This document shows positions 57,204 to 64,000 of a DNA stretch of 64,000 nt, piece by piece. The notes beneath the pieces were generated by a model that saw nothing but the letters and a program-made list of their open reading frames with translations, did not search any database and had not been told where the DNA came from. This stretch comes from Candidatus Aegiribacteria sp. (lineage in GTDB: Bacteria; Fermentibacterota; Fermentibacteria; Fermentibacterales; JCC-6): the NCBI GenBank assembly GCA_030600545.1, contig JAUVLV010000001.1, forward strand, positions 17,268-81,267, in the 5' to 3' direction. Made by a program: the position numbers and the translations under genes. The number at the start of each line of letters is the position of its first letter. Within the stretch, counting starts at the first letter, position 1.

Positions 57204-59219
57204 TCATTTGAAACTGCTGTTTACTACACTGTCATCAGCTATTTCAGGAATTGTTATTTTCATGTCAGGCTCGGCTTCCATTGTTTTTTTAACAGCGTAA
57301 ATGGCTCCCGGGTTTCGAGCCCATGCCCGCCTGGCCAGCCCGTTCGAGACATCCCAGGTCACCATGCCGGACGCTCTTTCCGCAGCTTCCGGTGAGCCAT
57401 CAAGAAGAAGGCCGAATCCGCCGTTGATTACTTCACCCCAGCCTACACCGCCTCCGTTATGCAGGGATACCCAGGTGGCGCCACGGAAGGAATCACCGAT
57501 AACATTCTGTACCGCCATATCCGCTGTGAACATGCTTCCGTCTCTGATATTTGCTGTTTCGCGATAAGGGGAATCCGTTCCGGAAACATCGTGGTGGTCT
57601 CTGCCAAGGACTATGGGTGCTGAAATGTCACCACTTGCTATTGCCTCGTTGAAAGCCCTTGCGATATTGATTCTTCCCTCCCTGTCGGCATAGAGGATTC
57701 GTGCCTGGGAACCCACCACCATTCTGTTTTCTTCAGCATGCCTTATCCACCGGACATTGTCCAGCATCTGCCGTTTGATCTCAGCGTCGGCATCTTCTGC
57801 TATTTTCTCAAGCACATCGGCGGCAATCGTGTCGGATTTTTTCAGATCTTCATGATCGCAGGATGTACAGACCCATCTGAAAGGGCCGAATCCGTAATCG
57901 AAGCAGATGGGACCCATAATGTCTTCTACATAGGAGGGATATGCAAAGGTTCCATCTTCGAGGAGGATTCCCTGTGCTCCTGCCCTGGATGCTTCAAGAA
58001 GGAAGGCGTTGCCGTAATCCCAGAAGAACATGCCACGGTCATGCAGGATGTTAATCGCCCTGACCTGTCTTCGGAGGGATTCGTGCACCATTTCTCTGAA
58101 TTCCTCAGGATTCTCGATCATCATCCTGTTGGATTCCTCAAGTGATAGGTCGACTGGATAATAGCCGCCAAGATAGGGATTATGAAGAGAGGTCTGATCG
58201 CTTCCCAGATCAACGGAAATACCTTCATCTGCCAGCTTTTCCCAGAGATCCACGATGTTTCCTGTGTATCCCAGAGAGAGGGGCTCTCCGGCTCTGCGGG
58301 CTTGCTCAATTCTGATAAGGACCCTGTCGAGGTCATCTTCAATTTCCTGGAGCCATCCCTGTTCGTGCCTTGTTTCTATCGCTTTTGGATTGATCTCGGC
58401 AATCACGCATACTGCTCCTGCGATAACCGAAGCTTTTGCCTGAGCACCGCTCATGCCGCCAAGTCCCGAAGTGACAAACAGTTTTCCCGAAAGGTCCGCC
58501 TCAGGCGGAAGTCCGAGATACTTTCTGCCAGCGTTCAGGAGCGTGATAGTGGTACCATGGACAATTCCCTGGGGGCCTATGTACATGAAACTTCCCGCCG
58601 TCATCTGTCCATACGATGTCACACCCAGAGCAGCCATCCTGTCGTAATCCTCTTTGGAGCTGTAGTTGGGTATCACCATACCATTAGTCAGAACCAGCCT
58701 GGGTGCTTCGGGGTGGGATGGGAAAAGACCAAGGGGATGTCCCGAGTAGAGGACAAGGGTCTGATTCTCAGTCATCTCGGAGAGGTATTTCATAGTAATG
58801 AGATACTGCGCCCAGTTCTGGAATACCGTTCCATTGCCTCCATAGGTTATCAGTTCCTGTGGGTGCTGGGCTACAGCTATGTCCAGGTTGTTCTGTATCA
58901 TGAGCATTATTGCGGCTGCCTTTGGTGTTCTTGCGGGATATTCATCTATAGGTCTGGCTTTCATCTCGTAATCGGGCCTGAATCTACGCATGTATATTCT
59001 GCCGTCATTTTTGAGTTCAGCTGCGAATTCGGGAGCAAGTTCAGTATGCCATTCTTTCGGGAAATAGCGAAGAGCATTTTTCAATGCGAGTTTCTTCTCT
59101 TTAACTGTAAGTACATCCGGTCTTGCCGGTGCATGGCTGACACCGGGAAGGTCAGGGGGCATCGGCGGAAATGAATCAGGAATGCCTTGAGAAACCTGTT
59201 CGATGAAACTGTCTGACAT
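57204..59219 (-). CDS. hutU: urocanate hydratase (long ~670-aa form)
   Basis: TSGLGGMSGAQ NAD-binding motif and urocanase-type sequence across the full length. Confidence 0.9.
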   Translation of the reverse strand: MSDSFIEQVSQGIPDSFPPMPPDLPGVSHAPARPDVLTVKEKKLALKNALRYFPKEWHTELAPEFAAELKNDGRIYMRRFRPDYEMKARPIDEYPARTPKAAAIMLMIQNNLDIAVAQHPQELITYGGNGTVFQNWAQYLITMKYLSEMTENQTLVLYSGHPLGLFPSHPEAPRLVLTNGMVIPNYSSKEDYDRMAALGVTSYGQMTAGSFMYIGPQGIVHGTTITLLNAGRKYLGLPPEADLSGKLFVTSGLGGMSGAQAKASVIAGAVCVIAEINPKAIETRHEQGWLQEIEDDLDRVLIRIEQARRAGEPLSLGYTGNIVDLWEKLADEGISVDLGSDQTSLHNPYLGGYYPVDLSLEESNRMMIENPEEFREMVHESLRRQVRAINILHDRGMFFWDYGNAFLLEASRAGAQGILLEDGTFAYPSYVEDIMGPICFDYGFGPFRWVCTSCDHEDLKKSDTIAADVLEKIAEDADAEIKRQMLDNVRWIRHAEENRMVVGSQARILYADREGRINIARAFNEAIASGDISAPIVLGRDHHDVSGTDSPYRETANIRDGSMFTADMAVQNVIGDSFRGATWVSLHNGGGVGWGEVINGGFGLLLDGSPEAAERASGMVTWDVSNGLARRAWARNPGAIYAVKKTMEAEPDMKITIPEIADDSVVNSSFK

Positions 59220-59252
59220 GAAAACCTCCCGTGCATATATTCACAATAACTG

Positions 59253-59280
59253 ACATTGATCGATAAATAATAATCAATGT
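59253..59280. promoter_or_regulatory. candidate operator: 8-bp perfect inverted repeat
   Basis: ACATTGAT (59253-59260), 12-nt spacer, ATCAATGT (59273-59280). It lies in the divergent hutU / M14 peptidase intergenic region. Confidence 0.35.
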
Positions 59281-59307
59281 GTTTTCCTTTTCCCAGAGAA
59301 GGCAATA

Positions 59308-61491
59308 ATGAAAAAAGTTATTTTACTTCTGCTTGCATCTATCGCATTGGTTACCGCAGAACGGTATTCTCTTCTGAATTTCAAACCCATTAACGATATT
59401 GAGGCTTACAGACTGATGGATTCCGGCTGTGAAATCATTCATGTCTACGAAGATGGCTTGGTTGATGTTATTGCCAATGAGCATGATTACAATTCTCTTC
59501 TCGCTACAGGTATGCCTTTCACCACCAGAATAGATGATCTGGAAAGGTTTTATAGCAGAAGGTTCGATGGCAGATCCATGGGTGGATATCTGACATGGGA
59601 TGAGCTTTCTATCTGGCTTGACGATCTTCACGATACGTTTCCGAGCATCACAAGTGAGCCTACTTCGATAGGAGATACTTACGAAGGAAGGCCGCAGAGA
59701 GTGGTCAAGATATCTTCAAATAACGATTTCTGGACTGACGATCCCTCTCTGCCGAACGTCTGGTACGATGCTCTCATTCATGCAAGAGAACCGGCCAGTA
59801 TGCGAAATGTGCGTTTCTTTATGCTTTGGCTTTGTGACAACTACGGGCGAAACGGTTTTTGCGGTCTGCAGGCGACATGGCTTCTCGACAACCGTGAGAT
59901 CTGGTGCCTGCCATGTAACAACGTAGATGGCTACGTTTACAACGAGGTACATTCACCCGGCGGTGGCGGGATGCACAGGAAGAACATGAACTGGAGCGCG
60001 GGAGGGGACGGCGTCGATCTGAACAGGAACTGGACTGTTGGATGGGGAGGCACAGGATCGAGTGGAAGCCCTGGCTCAAGTACGTACAGGGGAACGGCAG
60101 CTTTAAGTGAACCCGAATCGAACAATATCGATGCCTTCTGGCAGGATCATCCACCGGTAGAGATGCATTCCACACACACTTATGGAAATATACTTATCTA
60201 TCCATGGGGATATACGACCGCAGCGACACCTCACGCTGCCCAGTACTCGACACAGGGTGAGATAATGTCCCAATGGTGTTCAGGTGAAGAACACGGTCCC
60301 TCTGCTCAGATAAACTATTACAGCTCAGGGAATACGAGGGACCACTCTTACGGGCTGTACGGTGCCATGAGCTGGAATCACGAAACCGGGGGGGATTTCG
60401 CCGGTTTCTGGCCTTCACTGACTGAGACAGTCAAGTTGACCCGAAGGAATCTGAGAAGTTATCTCGTAACGGCATTCATGGCCGGATGTCCACTTGATCC
60501 TCATGTACCGGGTACTCCGGTAATTGAAAATATCGGATCGGTCAGCACGCCCTTTACGATTAACTGGAGTGACATTCCCGGGGCAGCCTCCTATGCTCTG
60601 CAGGAACTTTCCGGATACGAAGTTCTCCTTTATGATAACGGCTGCGGGGGACCTTTTACATTGAACAACTGGTCGACAACAACCACGCAGTATCACTCCT
60701 CTCCGAGCTGCTACCTTTCCGGTGGTACGGGAACCATAACCTGGACAGAAACTGCCATCATTCCCGAAAACGGCGGGGGAAGATTGAGCTTCTGGAGTTG
60801 TTACAACATTAAAAACGGATCATCTCAGGGGGCAGTTGAAGTATCACCAGATGGTGGATCCAACTGGTATTACCTTCAGACTTTCACACGAAATGACATG
60901 ACATGGCGTTATAACATCCATGAACTGGACGAATGGCAGGGAGATACACTGAATTTCAGATGGGAAACCTACGGAAGTTCCAGTGAACTTTATATAGATG
61001 ATATAAGAATTGAAATATGGGAGGAGAACGATTTCATCGATCTCAGCGTTCCGGTCAATTCCTATACTTTCTCAACCCATGAGAGCGGCGAATTCTGGTA
61101 CAGGACAGTGGCAATGGACCCCGATTTCGGTCCCGGCTGGCCTTCTGAAGCGGTCATGGCGCAGGTAACCAGTTTGGGTATCTCAGAGAGTGCGGCGGGT
61201 GTTGGGATTACGCGGATTGGCCATTTCAGCCCCAATCCAGCTTCAGTCCGGACCTCGATGCCTGTAACGATTTCCTCAGCATCCGAAGGGCTTGCCTCGC
61301 TGACCGTTTATGATCTTGCGGGAAGACAGGTGACTGATCTGTCTTCACAGATTGAAGCGCGTGGATTGAATACCGTTATCTGGGATTGCAGCGATTCGCG
61401 GGGGAATGCGATGCCCGGGGGCATCTATTTCGTTGTTATCAATGCGCCGGATCTTGTACAGGCAAGGGAAATTGTCATCATAGGGCAGTAA
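59308..61491 (+). CDS. secreted M14 zinc carboxypeptidase with MAM-like domain and T9SS C-terminal sorting domain
   Basis: Signal peptide, HAREPAS (HxxE), GVDLNRNW and HSTHTYG motifs. C-terminal LTVYDLAGRQV...GGIYFVVINA...REIVIIGQ. Confidence 0.85.
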   Translation: MKKVILLLLASIALVTAERYSLLNFKPINDIEAYRLMDSGCEIIHVYEDGLVDVIANEHDYNSLLATGMPFTTRIDDLERFYSRRFDGRSMGGYLTWDELSIWLDDLHDTFPSITSEPTSIGDTYEGRPQRVVKISSNNDFWTDDPSLPNVWYDALIHAREPASMRNVRFFMLWLCDNYGRNGFCGLQATWLLDNREIWCLPCNNVDGYVYNEVHSPGGGGMHRKNMNWSAGGDGVDLNRNWTVGWGGTGSSGSPGSSTYRGTAALSEPESNNIDAFWQDHPPVEMHSTHTYGNILIYPWGYTTAATPHAAQYSTQGEIMSQWCSGEEHGPSAQINYYSSGNTRDHSYGLYGAMSWNHETGGDFAGFWPSLTETVKLTRRNLRSYLVTAFMAGCPLDPHVPGTPVIENIGSVSTPFTINWSDIPGAASYALQELSGYEVLLYDNGCGGPFTLNNWSTTTTQYHSSPSCYLSGGTGTITWTETAIIPENGGGRLSFWSCYNIKNGSSQGAVEVSPDGGSNWYYLQTFTRNDMTWRYNIHELDEWQGDTLNFRWETYGSSSELYIDDIRIEIWEENDFIDLSVPVNSYTFSTHESGEFWYRTVAMDPDFGPGWPSEAVMAQVTSLGISESAAGVGITRIGHFSPNPASVRTSMPVTISSASEGLASLTVYDLAGRQVTDLSSQIEARGLNTVIWDCSDSRGNAMPGGIYFVVINAPDLVQAREIVIIGQ

Positions 61492-61516
61492 TGACTGGAT
61501 TGAAGGAATTATTTCT

Positions 61517-63031
61517 ATGAAATCACTGGGCGGGATCAGAAATATTCTATCTGCAGTCACAGATGCTGTTGTGCTTGTTGATTCCCAAAGACAGATAAAT
61601 TTCATGAATACAGAAGCGGAGAACCTTACAGGATTCAGTGCTGAGGAAGCGGCAGGGAAGGATCTCTGGGAGGTCTGTGTTTTCATCGAGCAGAATACAC
61701 GAAAACCGGTTACGGACGACATTGATGAAATACTGTTAAGGGATGGATACTTCAATTTTCCAGTGGCTACTGTGATTATTTCCAGGACGGAAGATGAAAT
61801 ACTGATTAGAGGAGGTGTTTTCCTGTCAGATGACGCGAGAATGGGCTCCGATGTTATTGAAGGTATAGTTTTCAGGAATATCAGCTTAAGATGGTTTATA
61901 AATGCAACTATGCAGAGAAATCAGAAGGCCGAAGCCATCAGGATTCTTGCAGGCAGTATTGCAGACAACTTGAACGATCTCCTTACAGTTCTCCTGGCGC
62001 GGCTATCCGGGATAAGCAAAAATCATAATGACAGAAATGCCGTTTTCAGATCCATCCGTGATTCGAAGAAGATTATCGGTAGGATCAGTTCTATGGTTTC
62101 AAGTCTTTCACCCAGGGATGATATGGGGAACATCAACATCAATAAAATGTGTTTTGTAGAAAATATCATCAGGAGCAGCATGGAGATTTTAAAAGCTGCC
62201 TTTCCAGGGCTTGATATAGAACTGGCCTATCCCGACCGGACAGGTTATGCGGATATTCCAGCGGGGCTTGTTGAGCAGGTAGTCGTGAACCTCCTCATGA
62301 ATGCCGGGGAGGCGGTCGGTAGCAATGGAACCATCAGTGTCACAGCATGCAGGATCGATCTTTCCCAGGAAATAAAACCTGTAAATGCGGGAAGTTACGT
62401 AATGATATCTGTCAGTGACGATGGATGTGGCATTTCAGACGAGAATCTTACCAGAATTATCGATCCGTTCTACACAACAAAGCGACAGAAGGGTGGTCTT
62501 GGATTATCTGCTGTATACTCAATTGTGAACGGCTATAAAGGGTATATTACTGTCAAATCTGAACTTGGCGAGGGCTCATCCTTTACGGTATATCTTCCGG
62601 CAGTCCCGGGGATTGTTACCGAAACTGCCAGCGATGTTATCCCCAGAGTTTCAGTTACAGGCTTTGAACAAACTGAGGAGCAACTCCTCAGCAGAATTCT
62701 TGAAGCAGTAGGTTGTACAGTTTTTTCTGTAGATGCTGAGAGTATGGAGGAGAGTTCGATTTTGGTGGATTCGGAGGTTCTGGAGTATAATCTGCTGCTG
62801 ACCGATTACGATTTCTATATGTCGGAAATTGACCGGTTTGCTGACTCGGATATCTCGGAAGGCTGCGTAATTGCTGTTATCAATGAATCCTACCACATAC
62901 CGGATAATGCTGATTCGAACATCATGTTCATCAGCAGACCCCTAAGGATTGACAATATTGCCGAAGCCGTGGCGAAGTGTGTCTGGGCAAGGCCTGCAGA
63001 AAAGATGAAGGCTGTGGGAAGTGAAGATTAG
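61517..63031 (+). CDS. PAS / HisKA-like / HATPase_c / receiver-like protein lacking the phospho-acceptor histidine (pseudo-histidine kinase)
   Basis: PAS region (VVLVDSQRQINFMNTEAENLTGFS). H-box reads LAGSIADNLNDLLTVL, with Asp where His is expected. N-box NLLMNAGEA, G1 DDGCGI, G2 GGLGLS. C-terminal REC-like region LLLTDYDF. Confidence 0.75.
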   Translation: MKSLGGIRNILSAVTDAVVLVDSQRQINFMNTEAENLTGFSAEEAAGKDLWEVCVFIEQNTRKPVTDDIDEILLRDGYFNFPVATVIISRTEDEILIRGGVFLSDDARMGSDVIEGIVFRNISLRWFINATMQRNQKAEAIRILAGSIADNLNDLLTVLLARLSGISKNHNDRNAVFRSIRDSKKIIGRISSMVSSLSPRDDMGNININKMCFVENIIRSSMEILKAAFPGLDIELAYPDRTGYADIPAGLVEQVVVNLLMNAGEAVGSNGTISVTACRIDLSQEIKPVNAGSYVMISVSDDGCGISDENLTRIIDPFYTTKRQKGGLGLSAVYSIVNGYKGYITVKSELGEGSSFTVYLPAVPGIVTETASDVIPRVSVTGFEQTEEQLLSRILEAVGCTVFSVDAESMEESSILVDSEVLEYNLLLTDYDFYMSEIDRFADSDISEGCVIAVINESYHIPDNADSNIMFISRPLRIDNIAEAVAKCVWARPAEKMKAVGSED

Positions 63032-63716
63032 CTGCACACAGTGCGGGGCGGAACAGGTTGTTCTTGAAAGCAATTTCTTTCTCAGATGTCCATACTGTGA
63101 TGCCAGGATTATAGTTGATCCTCCCGAAAATACTCCGGCACTTGTTGAACCAGCCGTTTCGGAAGAATATGTCAGGAGGCTTTTCTCATCAGGTGTGGTT
63201 TCATCGGTGGAAGTGAAGTTCTTTCCATATCTGGAAAAAGTTCTGTCTTCCGGAAGAGAAATCCAATCCTGCTTCAGCCAGCCCTGGCAGGAGCTTGAAG
63301 ATTACATTCCCCCGTCCGGGGACAGAAAGATCTTTGATAAAAGTCTCGCGGAGCCTGATCAGCTGATACCATTCGATAGAGATATGGCAGAAGAAAGTGG
63401 TAGCAGGGTGATTTTTCACCCGTTCTATGTTGTTATGCTGAAACTGGAAGGTTACGGAGAAGGTTTGCTGGTCGATGGCGTATCCGGTAAGATTATCGGT
63501 GAGCCACCGGTTATAGAAGAACAAAATGATTCAGGACAGAATCTATACAGAACTTTTCTGATAACTCTGGCTGCAGGTCTTATTTTCACGGTTCCCATCT
63601 ATTTCCTTACAAAAGATTTTGATGAGTCCTGGCTTTCCTGGATCTGGACATTCATACTTATTGTTCCTTTGACTCTGGCATTCTATCATTTCAAGATAAA
63701 GGCCGGCAGAAGATGA
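63021..63716 (+). CDS. zinc-ribbon membrane protein (hypothetical)
   Basis: CTQCG...CPYC ribbon, central soluble region, two C-terminal TM helices. GTG start overlaps the upstream gene by 11 nt. Confidence 0.6.
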   Translation: MKISCTQCGAEQVVLESNFFLRCPYCDARIIVDPPENTPALVEPAVSEEYVRRLFSSGVVSSVEVKFFPYLEKVLSSGREIQSCFSQPWQELEDYIPPSGDRKIFDKSLAEPDQLIPFDRDMAEESGSRVIFHPFYVVMLKLEGYGEGLLVDGVSGKIIGEPPVIEEQNDSGQNLYRTFLITLAAGLIFTVPIYFLTKDFDESWLSWIWTFILIVPLTLAFYHFKIKAGRR

Positions 63717-64000
63717 ATAAAGTATCCGTGGCTCTTACCTGTCCATCGTGTGCAGGACCTCTCAGTATACGTGAAGGGGATACGCACACCGTTTGTCCGA
63801 ACTGTTCCAGCAGCCTGTTGCTTCCGAATGCAGTGCGCAGGTATGTGCTGCCTTCAAGGATAGAGAGTGTTAATATTCTGCGATTGGTGCGAAGTGAACT
63901 TAAGAAAGTGAACCCCGACAGCATTGAAAAGACCAGAGTAAGTAAACCGGTTCTTTATTATGTTCCTTTCTGGCACTGCAGCGCACAGGCAAACGGTTAC
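63713..64000 (+). CDS. zinc-ribbon protein, N-terminal part (continues beyond the window)
   Basis: My own translation: MNKVSVALTCPSCAGPL...VCPNCSSSLLLP...VLYYVPFWHC, open to the window end. ATGA overlap with the upstream gene. Not in the supplied ORF track. Confidence 0.55.
   Translation, partial: MNKVSVALTCPSCAGPLSIREGDTHTVCPNCSSSLLLPNAVRRYVLPSRIESVNILRLVRSELKKVNPDSIEKTRVSKPVLYYVPFWHCSAQANGY

Noticed and set aside
58182-59174. Long antisense ORFs inside well-supported genes. Examples: 58182..59174(+) in hutU, 7603..8367(+) in the carboxyltransferase, 51127..51852(+) in purC, 37395..38117(-) in gap, 36624..37307(-) in pfp, 16526..17176(-) in lpxL, 39061..39666(-) in pgk and 29554..30165(-) in the permease.
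   Set aside because: Each lies fully within a gene that has strong family motifs on the other strand. Their translations are low-complexity or Arg/Ser/Pro-rich with no motifs. They are typical shadow ORFs caused by codon bias.
1-64000. Scan for CRISPR arrays, transposases, integrases, phage genes, toxin-antitoxin pairs and known defence-system genes.
   Set aside because: I recognised none by eye. The window looks like core chromosome rather than an accessory island. A repeat-finder and a defence-HMM scan would be needed to exclude small or diverged elements.

Overview
Gene-dense chromosomal segment with about 60 protein-coding genes and many start/stop overlaps. I recognised no rRNA, tRNA, CRISPR array, transposase, integrase or prophage genes. 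The gene content points to an uncultivated Gram-negative bacterium, probably from the FCB superphylum. Supporting this are two proteins with T9SS C-terminal sorting domains, long-form PurC and HutU, a compact ParE/ParC pair and a full Kdo/Lpt envelope cluster. Unlike Bacteroidetes, many genes have GGAGG Shine-Dalgarno sites.

Main blocks:
- 1-4.1 kb: mnmA-nadA-amidotransferase-manA-manC.
- 7.2-9.1 kb: biotin-dependent carboxyltransferase pair.
- 12.3-21 kb: OMP-kdsB-kdsA-kdsC-kdsD-lpxL-lptC-lptA-lptB-rpoN.
- 21.5-24.8 kb: candidate ceramide cluster (SDR, Spt-like, GNAT).
- 24.8-28.6 kb: short alaS, a secreted protein and an M42 peptidase.
- 30.9-32.3 kb: ruvX-mltG.
- 32.3-43.8 kb: one co-directional gene run. 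It starts with a helical protein and an SPFH/zinc-ribbon protein. Next come an acyl-AMP ligase fused to a degenerate chorismate-mutase-like domain and a DAHP synthase. After those come pfp-gap-pgk-tpiA, a GT4, a CPBP protease and a PEGA-FGE protein.
- 46.9-50.8 kb: parE-parC.
- 50.8-61.5 kb: purC, MFS transporter, OMPs, HAD, mrp, hutU and an M14-T9SS peptidase.
- 61.5-64 kb: a histidine-kinase-like protein lacking the phospho-acceptor His, followed by two zinc-ribbon proteins that run off the window.

The leads I would follow first are the ligase-CM/DAHPS junction, the helical + SPFH-3xZnR pair, the Spt/GNAT/SDR cluster and the pseudo-kinase/Zn-ribbon operon. All functional calls come from motif recognition by eye. 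No database search was run.
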